DNA of 64,000 bases. Source: Chloroflexota bacterium (lineage in GTDB: Archaea > Iainarchaeota > Iainarchaeia > Iainarchaeales > GCA-2688035). The position numbers were made by a program, and so were the translations under genes. Location of the stretch: positions 13,869 through 77,868 of the forward strand of contig JAFCCG010000001.1 of the NCBI GenBank assembly GCA_017610335.1, given 5' to 3'. Under the pieces are notes generated by a model. It was not told the DNA's origin. It made no database searches and saw only the letters and a program-made list of their open reading frames with translations. Shown one piece after another: positions 9,516 through 18,497 of the stretch (position 1 is its first letter; the number at the start of each line of letters is the position of its first letter).

Positions 9516-10646
9516 TTACCCCGTGAAATCTATTCCCAAATCAATCGGCTCTGACAAGTCAATTTTGTCAAGATCCTGCAAATATGGGAATTTTCCGCCT
9601 GCAATAACAACCATTGCCTGAATCTGATTTCTTGGCAAATTATCGTCAATCATTGCACCCCAAATGATATGGGCATCTACACTTATCTTGCTTGAAACTG
9701 TTTCAACAATCATTTCAGCTTCTCTCAAAGTCATATCTGCTCCGCCGATTACGTTAACCAAAGCCCTATTGGCTCCACTAATATCAACATCAAGCAAAGG
9801 ACTTGTTAAAGCATTTTCAACAGCTTCCAAAGCACGGGCTTCTCCTTTTTCGTCAGTATGAGATTCACCCAATCCAATCATTGCTGCGCCGCCCCTGCTT
9901 AAAATTGTTCTAAGATCAGCATAATCTAAATTAATCAACCCTGGCTTTGTAACCATTTCAGTAATTCCTTTTACTGCATTGGTCAAAACCTCATCCGCGA
10001 CCTTAAAGGCAGCGTTCACAGGCAAATCAGGAGCAATCTCCAAAATTTTATCGTTTGGAATTACAATTACTGTATCAGTGTGCTTTCTTAAAGCAGCTAA
10101 TCCAGTCAAAGCATTTTCCATCCTCTTTCTTCCTTCAACAGTAAAAGGAATTGTTACCACACCAATTGTCAAAGCTTTCATTGACTTGCCTAATTCTGCA
10201 ATAAAAGGAGCAGCACCTGTTCCTGTTCCACCACCCATTCCACAGGTAATAAAAAGAAGGTCTGAATCATGTAAAATTTCTTCAAGCTCTTCAAGAGATT
10301 CTCTTGCAGCACTCTCTCCAACACTTGGGTCAGAACCGGAACCAAGACCTCTTGTCAACTGTCTTCCAATCAAAAGCTTTTTGTCAGCAATAGCATTCAA
10401 CAAATCCTGTGCATCAGTATTAACAGCAAATGTTTCAGCACCGGTAATTCCTACTTCAGTCATTCTTTCAATAGTATTACATCCGCCACCGCCAACTCCT
10501 ACAACACGAATTTTTGCTTTAGCAGTTTCAAGTAATTTAATAAGATCTTCATTATCATGCGTTGCTTTAATTTTTCTCTTACCTTTAACAGGTTCTTTTT
10601 TTGCACGCCTGATAGCTTTCTTTACCACACTTTCCAAATAAGGCAC
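9516..10646 (-). CDS. ftsZ: Cell division GTPase FtsZ
   Basis: Tubulin/FtsZ signature VVGVGGGGCNTIERM, plus GLGSGSDP and ITCGMGGGTGTGAAP. Confidence 0.9.
   Translation of the reverse strand: MPYLESVVKKAIRRAKKEPVKGKRKIKATHDNEDLIKLLETAKAKIRVVGVGGGGCNTIERMTEVGITGAETFAVNTDAQDLLNAIADKKLLIGRQLTRGLGSGSDPSVGESAARESLEELEEILHDSDLLFITCGMGGGTGTGAAPFIAELGKSMKALTIGVVTIPFTVEGRKRMENALTGLAALRKHTDTVIVIPNDKILEIAPDLPVNAAFKVADEVLTNAVKGITEMVTKPGLINLDYADLRTILSRGGAAMIGLGESHTDEKGEARALEAVENALTSPLLDVDISGANRALVNVIGGADMTLREAEMIVETVSSKISVDAHIIWGAMIDDNLPRNQIQAMVVIAGGKFPYLQDLDKIDLSEPIDLGIDFTG
9523..9548. repeat. Direct repeat copy 2 (the functional 3' end of ftsZ)
   Basis: gtgaaatctattcccaaatcaatcgg lies within the last codons of ftsZ. 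Partner of 8595-8620. Confidence 0.75.
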
Positions 10647-10768
10647 CCCCGAATTATAAGACTAAGAATAATTCTTATTGAAAACAAATTTAAAGCAATT
10701 GTCTACGAATTAAACATAATAAAAGCAAATATACATAATTGCTTTTTTGAGAAAAATTAGAAAAAAAA

Positions 10769-10881
10769 GCAATTACTACACCAACAAAGCAATTACTACA
10801 CCAACAAAGCAATTACTACACCAACAAAGCAATTACTACACCAACAAAGCAATTACTACACCAACAAAGCAATTACTACAC
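10769..10881. repeat. Tandem direct repeat, 20-bp unit x 5.65 (gcaattactacaccaacaaa)
   Basis: Five perfect copies plus a 13-nt partial copy. Located about 120-235 bp upstream of the ftsZ start and immediately 3' of the Cys-rich ORF. Confidence 0.95.
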
Positions 10882-11298
10882 TGGCTCTACACATTTTCCG
10901 CTTTCACAAACAGGCTCTTTTGGCATAGGGCATTCATACTCGCAAAAATCACACTCTGCATTGAACAAATCAACCAACTCTCTCAAAGGATTTAAGTCAA
11001 AACCTTTGTTCACATAGGATTCACATCCAAAAGGGCAGCCTAAAGATATGGCAATGCAATCAGAATCTGTTTCACAAAAATTGCCCTGTTCAATCAAATC
11101 ATTTATGCCAGACTCTTGCTGATTACACAAAGCAGGTTCTTGCTTTATTGGAAGTTCAAAAGACCCTGAATAGAAAACAGGAGGGGGTGTTGCAATAACC
11201 TCATAAATTGCAATACTTGAAACAATTATGGTAAAAATCCAGCAAAATGCAACAAACCTTTTGTCCATTCTTATAAGAGATTTCTTTTCTTTTGTCAC
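10876..11298 (-). CDS. Cys-rich secreted/membrane-anchored small protein
   Basis: N-terminal TM/signal FVAFCWIFTIIVSSIAIY, then 14 Cys in about 90 aa (CETDSDC, CPFGC, CDFCEYEC). No family recognised. Confidence 0.4.
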   Translation of the reverse strand: MTKEKKSLIRMDKRFVAFCWIFTIIVSSIAIYEVIATPPPVFYSGSFELPIKQEPALCNQQESGINDLIEQGNFCETDSDCIAISLGCPFGCESYVNKGFDLNPLRELVDLFNAECDFCEYECPMPKEPVCESGKCVEPV

Positions 11299-11390
11299 TC
11301 AAACTACTAATAGTTTATTCTTTTATTTAAAACTTACTGTAAGCCCAAAAAAAGCCTTTTTTGATTCAGCTAAAAAAATCTTTTTTTGAT

Positions 11391-11873
11391 TCATCCGAAA
11401 ACAGAGGCAATCCATACACCTGCAAAATAAGCAAGAATAAGTACAACAATTGCAATAAACAAATGCTCTGCTACAACCTTTACAGGATTTTCATTTTGTG
11501 ATTTGGCAATCCAGAAACTAAACACAGCGATTAGTAAAAGACCAAATATAATACTTACAATTATTGCGGTTTGAAGATCAAGCAATAAAACAGGGATAAG
11601 AAAAATTATTGCAAAAAAAAACTTTGCACCCAAAGTTGAAAAAGTTGAAGCCCAAATATCCCTTGTACTTTCACCACCAGTTGATTCCTGTGAAATATGC
11701 ATTGCAAACGCATCAGACAAAGCATCAACAATTGCAATAGTGATAACACCGCCAATAACAGCAATCCGCAAATTGGTTCCTGAAAACAATCCAACCATTA
11801 ATCCAATAGTGGTAATAATGCTTGAAGTTAATCCAAACCCAATGCCTGACCTTATATGATCCTTGAACTTCAT
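11391..11873 (-). CDS. VIT1/CCC1-family-like membrane protein
   Basis: Polytopic. GVITIAIVDALSDAFAMHISQEST and GLMVGL motifs resemble the VIT-family C-terminal domain. Internal Met chosen as start. Confidence 0.4.
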   Translation of the reverse strand: MKFKDHIRSGIGFGLTSSIITTIGLMVGLFSGTNLRIAVIGGVITIAIVDALSDAFAMHISQESTGGESTRDIWASTFSTLGAKFFFAIIFLIPVLLLDLQTAIIVSIIFGLLLIAVFSFWIAKSQNENPVKVVAEHLFIAIVVLILAYFAGVWIASVFG

Positions 11874-11932
11874 TTGGAATAATAAAACGCCCAATACTTT
11901 TAAGCCTTTGCAACGGCAAAAAAAAACCAACC

Positions 11933-12022
11933 AAAACCATTTTATTTAACCTGCAACCTAATTCTTTTATGGCAGGCAAATGGCCAAAAGGCACAAACGT
12001 TGTGGCAATCGTTCCGGCATAC
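11933..12022. repeat. 90-bp block identical to 12975-13064 (promoter plus first 18 codons of GT2-like paralog A)
   Basis: 100% identity over 90 bp including the TATA-like ttttattta. Sequence diverges abruptly on both sides. Confidence 0.9.
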
Positions 12023-12799
12023 AACGAGGCAAGGAGAATTGCAAATGCCGTAAGGCAACTAAGACAAAGAAAGGAAGAGGGCCTCATTCAAGAAATAATC
12101 GTTGTCGACGACGGAAGCAAGGACAAGACAGCCGAGACTGCAAAAAAGGCAGGAGCAGACAAGGTGATAAGCCTGCGCTCAAACAAGGGAAAGGCAATGG
12201 CATTTGCAACAGGCGTGAGAGATACGGCAAAACGCTACAACCATCAAAAAACGATTGTGCTAACCCTTGATGCCGACCTGAAAGAAATCAAGGCAAGCCA
12301 AATTGAAATGATGATAGAGCCGTTTATGGGGCGGAGAAAAGCAAACAAAGAACTCAACATGATAAGTGGCAAAGTCGGGGTGATTTCCCGACAGTACCTT
12401 GGCCAAAGGGCGATAAGGCTTAAAGCATTGGGCGGCCTGATTAGAAACACAAAGCTGTGGAAAAGACTTGTGAAAACAGGTTATGGCTTGGAGCAAGCAC
12501 TGGACTATATAATAAAAAACAAGGATGTTGTATATACAAATTTTGAAATCAGCAGAAGCCCGCGTTTAGGAAAACGGGGTCACGCAGAAATATGGGCCAC
12601 AGAAACCTACCTAAAAAGCCGAAAAGATAACGCAGAACTCCTCAGATTCCGAAGGACGAAGTTAGAGGAATTTTCACAAGCCAGGAAAAAGAAGCTTAGG
12701 CGAGAGGCACTGGATTTTACCAGGAAAGTAGACAAAAAATACTGGAAAGGGACAATAAGACAAATAAACGCTGTGCGAAAACAGACAAGAAGAAAGTAA
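11969..12799 (+). CDS. GT2 (Dpm1-like) glycosyltransferase domain protein with highly basic C-terminal tail, paralog A
   Basis: VVAIVPAYNE...IIVVDDGSKDKT...LTLDADL (DXD)...VISRQY. The C-terminal 100 aa are Arg/Lys-rich rather than a TM anchor. Confidence 0.55.
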   Translation: MAGKWPKGTNVVAIVPAYNEARRIANAVRQLRQRKEEGLIQEIIVVDDGSKDKTAETAKKAGADKVISLRSNKGKAMAFATGVRDTAKRYNHQKTIVLTLDADLKEIKASQIEMMIEPFMGRRKANKELNMISGKVGVISRQYLGQRAIRLKALGGLIRNTKLWKRLVKTGYGLEQALDYIIKNKDVVYTNFEISRSPRLGKRGHAEIWATETYLKSRKDNAELLRFRRTKLEEFSQARKKKLRREALDFTRKVDKKYWKGTIRQINAVRKQTRRK

Positions 12800-12974
12800 A
12801 AATCAAGCGATTGAATTGTTCAAGCCTTATATCACATAAATCATCATAGTATAGGCGGCAATTGCAAGGGCAAAAATCCAGCACAGTGCCAAAAACTTTT
12901 TGTTCATCTCTATATAGGTTAAATCAAAGCAATTCTAATATTTTAAAGCTTTTTAACGGGCAAAAAGGCAAAAG

Positions 12975-13064
12975 AAAACCATTTTATTTAACCTGCAACC
13001 TAATTCTTTTATGGCAGGCAAATGGCCAAAAGGCACAAACGTTGTGGCAATCGTTCCGGCATAC
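12975..13064. repeat. Second copy of the 90-bp identical block
   Basis: See 11933-12022. Confidence 0.9.
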
Positions 13065-13889
13065 CATGAAACAAAGTTCATTGAAAACATTGTAAGGGAA
13101 TTAAAAGAACAAAAATCAGGCGGCCTTATTCAAGAAATTATTGTAGTAGACGATGGAAGCACTGACAAAACAGCAGAGATTGCAAAAAAAGCCGGGGCAG
13201 ACAAAGTCATAAGATTAGAAAAAAACAGGGGTAAAATGGCAGCATTTGCCAAAGGCCTTAAATATGTTGAAAATAAATATGCTCCAAGGAAAGGCTTTCA
13301 AAGCGAGAAAGCAAGGCTCAAAAAAATGGATTCAACAATAGTGCTAAGCATTGACGCAGATTTGAAGGAAGTAACAAAAAGGCAGGTAATCCAGCTTGCC
13401 AAGCCAATTGTAAAAAGCAGAAAAATTGATATGGTTATAGGCAACACAGGCGGCCTGACTGAACTAAGCGGGCAGAGAGCAGTAAGGCTGAGAGCACTTG
13501 GTGGACTACTCAGGCAAACAATAATGTGGAGAACACAGCAGGAAACAGGATACTTTCAGGAAATTGCCCTGAACCGCTTGATGAAGGGAAGAACCAAGAA
13601 TGCCAAAACAGATTTTAGGGAACAAAAGGCAGGTTCTGAAAGGTACTCGAGTGCAAGGCAAATCAAGCTTGTATCAGAATGGAATGCCGGAAAAAGATAT
13701 TTGGACTGGAGAAAGAAAGATTCCAAAAAAATCAGAAAAGAGAGGAAAATGCTTGCACTGCAATGCCTGGAAAAAAGGCAAAGGCATAGAAAGACAAGTG
13801 AGATTCTGGAAAGGCACAGGCAATATGAAAAACATGTGGCAGAAAAGGCACTAAGGCAAATGAGGAGAAAACTAAGAATAATAAAGTAA
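13011..13889 (+). CDS. GT2 (Dpm1-like) glycosyltransferase domain protein with basic tail, paralog B
   Basis: Same N-terminal 18 aa as paralog A, then VVDDGSTDKT...LSIDADL...ELSGQRAVRLRALGG. Very basic C-terminus. Confidence 0.55.
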   Translation: MAGKWPKGTNVVAIVPAYHETKFIENIVRELKEQKSGGLIQEIIVVDDGSTDKTAEIAKKAGADKVIRLEKNRGKMAAFAKGLKYVENKYAPRKGFQSEKARLKKMDSTIVLSIDADLKEVTKRQVIQLAKPIVKSRKIDMVIGNTGGLTELSGQRAVRLRALGGLLRQTIMWRTQQETGYFQEIALNRLMKGRTKNAKTDFREQKAGSERYSSARQIKLVSEWNAGKRYLDWRKKDSKKIRKERKMLALQCLEKRQRHRKTSEILERHRQYEKHVAEKALRQMRRKLRIIK

Positions 13890-13935
13890 CCAAAAGATAG
13901 AAAAAGGAGTTTCAACTTATCATTAGCGAAACAAC

Positions 13936-14895
13936 ATGGCATCAAAATCTTTTGACAAAACCATAAAAAACATTAAGACCTTAAAAATCCAGGGCAGCAG
14001 CAAAGTAAGAAAAGCCACTGTTGCAGCCCTAAAACAAAGTGTTGCAAAAAGCCTAGCAAAAACACTTCCTGCTTTTAGGCGCGAACTTCAAAGACACTGC
14101 CTTACCCTTTTAAAAACAAGACCAACAGAACCCGAGACAAGAACCGCGATTAGGATAATTCTCAAAGCAGCTTCTTTACACAGCAGAAATTTGCAGGAAG
14201 TAAAAGAAAACACAATTCAAACCATTGAACAATATGAAACAAATAGGAAAGAGGCAATGGAAAAAATCGCATTATATGGAAGTAGACTAATAGAAAAAGA
14301 CGATACAATAATGACCCACTGCCATTCCCACACAGTTGAAGAAATTTTAAAAAAGGCAAAGAAAAAAATCAAGATGGTTTACTGTACAGAAACAAGACCT
14401 ATGTTCCAGGGTCACATTACCGCAACCAATCTTGCAAAAGCAGGAATTCCAGTAACCCTAATTGTTGATTCTGCAGCAGACAAATATATGCATCCTGTTG
14501 ACAAGGTATTTGTCGGATGCGACGCAGTATTAAGCAACGGCAGCATTGTAAACAAGATTGGCACAGCCCATATTGCACACGCTGCCAAAAAGCACCACAA
14601 CCCCTTCTTTGCATGCACCTCATCCCACTGCTTTGACCCTGCAACATATTTTGGCTTTGAAGAAGAAATAGAGGAAAGGGACATTGACGAAGTCTGGAAA
14701 GAAAAGCCAAAAAAGGTGAAAATTAAGAATCCTGCTTTTGACATTGTTGATGCATTCTACGTGCATGCAATCGTTTCCGAAATAGGCGTTTTTGATTCGG
14801 AAAACTTTGCTTTGGAAATGTACAACCTTTTAGAGCTTGGAACAAGGCAGGAACCATTTATTGGGCTACTTGACACATTGAGGAAGAAAAAGTGA
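13936..14895 (+). CDS. eIF-2B alpha/beta/delta-family protein (likely ribose-1,5-bisphosphate isomerase)
   Basis: GCDAVLSNGSIVNKIGTAHIAHAAKKHHNPFFAC is the e2b2/MtnA-family core. Confidence 0.7.
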   Translation: MASKSFDKTIKNIKTLKIQGSSKVRKATVAALKQSVAKSLAKTLPAFRRELQRHCLTLLKTRPTEPETRTAIRIILKAASLHSRNLQEVKENTIQTIEQYETNRKEAMEKIALYGSRLIEKDDTIMTHCHSHTVEEILKKAKKKIKMVYCTETRPMFQGHITATNLAKAGIPVTLIVDSAADKYMHPVDKVFVGCDAVLSNGSIVNKIGTAHIAHAAKKHHNPFFACTSSHCFDPATYFGFEEEIEERDIDEVWKEKPKKVKIKNPAFDIVDAFYVHAIVSEIGVFDSENFALEMYNLLELGTRQEPFIGLLDTLRKKK

Positions 14896-14901
14896 AAAAA
14901 A

Positions 14902-14961
14902 ATGGCAAAAAAGAAGCTAAAAGCATTGGTTGTTGACGATGATATATTGAAAAAGCACTAA
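14902..14961 (+). pseudogene. 19-codon remnant resembling a response-regulator N-terminus
   Basis: MAKKKLKALVVDDDILKKH*. Canonical CheY-like start (KK..LVVDDD), terminated after 19 codons. Confidence 0.25.
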
Positions 14962-15008
14962 ATTTAAATAACAAACATTTAAATATAACTTGCTATAATA
15001 CTTTATAA

Positions 15009-15263
15009 GTGATTATAGTGTCTGTTACTACAACCGTGCAAGTTTCCACCAAACTCAAAAAAGAGCTTGATGGATTTAAGGAACATGAACGTGAAACCTA
15101 TGCCGAGGTAATTAAAAAACTTGTTGAAAAAGCTAAAGAGAGCGAAGAAGCCGAACTGGAATTGAGCGAAGAAACATTGAAAAGCGCACTAGAAGCAAAA
15201 GAAGACATCAGAAAAGGCAGGATTTACAACACCAAACAGCTAAAGAAAGAATTGGGTCTTTAG
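15009..15263 (+). CDS. RelB/ParD-like antitoxin
   Basis: 84 aa, acidic. Adjacent (1 nt gap) upstream of the RelE-like toxin. Confidence 0.45.
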   Translation: MIIVSVTTTVQVSTKLKKELDGFKEHERETYAEVIKKLVEKAKESEEAELELSEETLKSALEAKEDIRKGRIYNTKQLKKELGL

Positions 15264-15521
15264 ATGGTTTTTCAGGTAATTTGGACCAACCGCTCTAAAA
15301 AAGACCTCAAATTAATTGACAAACAAACTGCTTTAAGAATAATCCAAAAAGTAGATGAACTTGGAAAGAAAGATATTGTATTCTTGGAAAAAGTAAAAGG
15401 AACCAAATACCAAAAATTCAGAGTTGGGAGTTACCGAATATTAATAGAAAAATTTCCTGCAACAAAAAAGCTGTTTATGCTTAAGGTCGAACACAGGAAA
15501 AAATTCTACAAAAACATTTAA
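15264..15521 (+). CDS. relE: RelE/ParE-family toxin
   Basis: 85 aa. WTNRSKKDLKLID...YRILIEKF...LKVEHRKKFYK matches the RelE/StbE toxin pattern. Confidence 0.65.
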   Translation: MVFQVIWTNRSKKDLKLIDKQTALRIIQKVDELGKKDIVFLEKVKGTKYQKFRVGSYRILIEKFPATKKLFMLKVEHRKKFYKNI

Positions 15522-16180
15522 CTAAAATGCAATCCAAATTCTTTTTTTATACACTTGATGTTTTCCACAGGATTACCATATCCAAAAACAGCACTGCCCA
15601 TTACTAAAACATCTGCACCTGCTTCAAGAACTTTTCCGGCTGTTTGAGCATTGATTCCGCCATCAACTTCAATTAAGGTTTCAAGCTTTTCTGCATCAAT
15701 TTTTTTCCTAAGCAATTTAATCTTTTCAAGACTTTTTGGAATAAAACTTTGACCACCAAAACCCGCTTCAATACTCATAACCAGTGCAAGGTCAAGCTCG
15801 CTTAAAAAGGGAAGAATAGTATCAACTGAAATTTTATTATTTAATACCATCCCAACGTCGCATCCAAGTGCCTTGATTTTTTTGACTGCATCCATTGGAT
15901 TTTGTACTGTTTCAGGATGAAAGCAGATTAAGTCACTTCCTGCTTTTGCAAATCTTTCAAAATATCTGTCAGGCTTGTCAATCATCAAATGGGTATCCAA
16001 AAACATTTTTGTCTTGTTTCTTATAGATTTTACCACAGAAAATCCAAAAGTAATGTTTGGAACATAATGACCATCCATTACGTCAAGATGAAGCCAATCA
16101 GTTTCTTTTTCAATACCTGGCAAATACTTTGCCAAATCAATAATGCCAGATGAGAGAATTGATGGAGCAATTTTTTTCAT
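15518..16180 (-). CDS. rpe: Ribulose-phosphate 3-epimerase
   Basis: LHLDVMDGHYVPNITFG...HLMI...VMGSAVFG. Start set at MKKIAPSILS. Confidence 0.85.
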   Translation of the reverse strand: MKKIAPSILSSGIIDLAKYLPGIEKETDWLHLDVMDGHYVPNITFGFSVVKSIRNKTKMFLDTHLMIDKPDRYFERFAKAGSDLICFHPETVQNPMDAVKKIKALGCDVGMVLNNKISVDTILPFLSELDLALVMSIEAGFGGQSFIPKSLEKIKLLRKKIDAEKLETLIEVDGGINAQTAGKVLEAGADVLVMGSAVFGYGNPVENIKCIKKEFGLHFS

Positions 16181-16242
16181 ATAAGATATGGGAAATGCGC
16201 TAAATTTAAATAAACAATCAAATCCAATATTAGCGGGTTTTA

Positions 16243-17154
16243 GTGGACCTAAAAACAAACTTTATTGGCTTAAAAATGCAAAACCCAACTGTTTTGGCTT
16301 CAGGAATTCTTGGAACAAATTCTGCCTTAATGAAACGCGTTTTTGAAGAAGGCGGAGCAGGCGCTGTAACTATGAAAAGCATCGGGCCAGAGGAAAGGAA
16401 CGGCCATGAAAACCCAAGCGTTATAGAATTGGAACATGGCTTGCTTAATGCGGTTGGCTTGCCTTCACCAGGCTTTCAAAACATGGAAGAGGAATGGAAA
16501 GAATTGGAGAAAATAAATTTTCCACTAATTGCAAGCATTTACGGAGCAAACATTGAACAATTTGCAGCAGTTGCAAAAAATGTTGCATTGCACAAACCAG
16601 ATGCAATAGAAGCAAACATCAGCTGTCCTAATACCAAAGAACACGGTCAGATTTTTGGAACAAGCGAAGAGGCTTCACAGGCAATAATTTCTGCAGTAAA
16701 AAAAGAAATTGGAAAAATTCCGCTAATTGCAAAACTTACTCCACAGGCTTCAAACATCGCAGCCATTGCAGCAGGCTGTGAAAAAGCAGGAGCAGATGCT
16801 ATTTGTGCAATCAACACAGTTGCAGGAATGTGCATTGACATTGATGCAAGAAAGCCAATTTTACATAACAAATTTGGCGGCCTAAGCGGTCCGGCAATAA
16901 AGCCAGTTGGCATAAAATGCGTTTACCAAATCTTTGAATCTGTAAAAATCCCGATTCTTGGAATGGGAGGAATTTCAAATGGAAAAGATGCAATTGAATA
17001 CATTCAGGCAGGGGCAACAGCTGTCGGAATAGGAAGCGGCGTTTTCTACCATGGAATCGAAGTATTCAAAAAAGCCTGTGAAGAAATGGAGCACTGGATG
17101 AAAGAAAACAATGTAAAGAGCCTGAAAGAAATAAGGGGAATAGCGCATGGCTAA
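16243..17154 (+). CDS. pyrD: Dihydroorotate dehydrogenase catalytic subunit (class 1B)
   Basis: LASGILGTN...NAVGLPSPG...NISCPNT...GGLSGPAIKP. Confidence 0.85.
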   Translation: MDLKTNFIGLKMQNPTVLASGILGTNSALMKRVFEEGGAGAVTMKSIGPEERNGHENPSVIELEHGLLNAVGLPSPGFQNMEEEWKELEKINFPLIASIYGANIEQFAAVAKNVALHKPDAIEANISCPNTKEHGQIFGTSEEASQAIISAVKKEIGKIPLIAKLTPQASNIAAIAAGCEKAGADAICAINTVAGMCIDIDARKPILHNKFGGLSGPAIKPVGIKCVYQIFESVKIPILGMGGISNGKDAIEYIQAGATAVGIGSGVFYHGIEVFKKACEEMEHWMKENNVKSLKEIRGIAHG

Positions 17155-17851
17155 ACGAAAGAGCTTCAACTACCAAAGATACTTAAACCGGCTTAAAAGC
17201 AAAAGGGCCGAAAAAAAGGGCCGGCATATGCGTTCAAGGCTTGCTGCAAAAGAAGCGGCAACCAAAAGGCTGCAGGCAGTTGAAGCAGAAATTGCAAAAC
17301 TGCAATTTCCAAAACTTGCAGAAGAAATCATCCAAATGCATAATGTGCCGGAAACCAAAAACGGCAAAATTCTCCTAAGGCAAGAGCTCAGGACAGGCTT
17401 TCTTAAGGCTTTTGAAAGAAAAGGCGCAAGAAGCGGTACAAGGCTAAAGCTAAAGGAAAAAATTGCATTAAAGCTTGCAAAAGATTCAGCCACGGTCTAC
17501 ACAACACTGTGGAAATACAGAAACAAAAGCATTCCATTAAAGGAAGCCTATGAAATGTACAAGGCAGCTGGAGAAATCATGAAAAAGGCAGGGCTAGAAG
17601 TCAAAGGAGACCCTGAGCTTAAAATAGGTTTTGGCAGAGAAGGAAGAAACCTTGACAGCACAGCAGAACAGCTTAGGATAGATCTTGGCAGAAAAATCAA
17701 CGGAAGCATTAATCCAGGCAACAGAGAAGAGCTTGGCAAAATCGCAGAGCTTGGAGAAAGCCTTGTAGACTGGCTGTATGAGGATTTTCCGGAATTCTCA
17801 CAGGTTGGCTTTCAGATGATTGACAGGACTGTAAATGAAGCGTTTGGGTGA
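17147..17851 (+). CDS. Hypothetical basic protein
   Basis: No motif recognised. Interposed between pyrD and pyrK. Confidence 0.35.
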   Translation: MAKRKSFNYQRYLNRLKSKRAEKKGRHMRSRLAAKEAATKRLQAVEAEIAKLQFPKLAEEIIQMHNVPETKNGKILLRQELRTGFLKAFERKGARSGTRLKLKEKIALKLAKDSATVYTTLWKYRNKSIPLKEAYEMYKAAGEIMKKAGLEVKGDPELKIGFGREGRNLDSTAEQLRIDLGRKINGSINPGNREELGKIAELGESLVDWLYEDFPEFSQVGFQMIDRTVNEAFG

Positions 17852-18497
17852 AAGGGCAATGATTGACACCGTAATACTTGATTGGTCAGGCGTGATAAGT
17901 GACGATTGGAAAGCGACCTTTGCTACTTCAAACGACGTTCTTGAAGAATACGGCCATGAAAGAATAAACATGGAAAAATTCAAGGAATTGTACGAAATGC
18001 CCTGGAAACGTTTTTACAAAAAGCTTGGAATGCAGGTTAACTCCCTTGAAGAATACAACAAGTGGGAAAGGCTTTTTCCAAAACATTACCACTATGTAAA
18101 GGCATTTCCCTTTGCAAAGAAGGCGCTTGAATGGCTAAAAGAGCACAAAAAAAATGTATTAGTGCTTAGCAGCCACAACCAAAGCCTTTTGGAAAAAGAA
18201 ATAATTGATTACGGCTTTAAGGACTTGATTGATTATGTTGACGCCAGCAATGAAGACAAAAGGGAAAAGATAGATTCATTGCTTGAAACCCGCAAGGCGG
18301 AAAGGAAAAACACGCTATATGTGGGAGACATGGTTCACGATGTTGAAACCGCAAACGGTGCCGGAGTAAAAAGCGTTGCAGTCCTCTCAGGATATGATTT
18401 AAAGGAAAAGCTTGAAAGGGCAAAACCTGATTTTATCCTGAATGACTTAGGAGAACTGCCAGGGCTTATTGAAAAGCTGGAAAGTGATTCAAAATGA
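17835..18497 (+). CDS. HAD-superfamily hydrolase
   Basis: DTVILDWSGVISDD (motif I) and YVGDMVHDVETANGAG (motif IV). Confidence 0.7.
   Translation: MKRLGERAMIDTVILDWSGVISDDWKATFATSNDVLEEYGHERINMEKFKELYEMPWKRFYKKLGMQVNSLEEYNKWERLFPKHYHYVKAFPFAKKALEWLKEHKKNVLVLSSHNQSLLEKEIIDYGFKDLIDYVDASNEDKREKIDSLLETRKAERKNTLYVGDMVHDVETANGAGVKSVAVLSGYDLKEKLERAKPDFILNDLGELPGLIEKLESDSK

Noticed and set aside
10769-10881. Possibility that the 20-bp array is a CRISPR array
   Set aside because: Repeats are directly abutting with no spacers, and no cas genes are nearby.
11980-12270. Arg-rich 96-aa alternative-frame ORF inside GT2-like paralog A
   Set aside because: Frame-shifted shadow of a Lys/Arg-coding region. 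The GT2 frame has clear motifs.
14960-15520. Flanking direct repeats around the RelBE module analogous to the VapBC/AbiE cases
   Set aside because: Only a 9-11-nt match (aacatttaa) was found on the two sides, which is not significant in 35% GC DNA.
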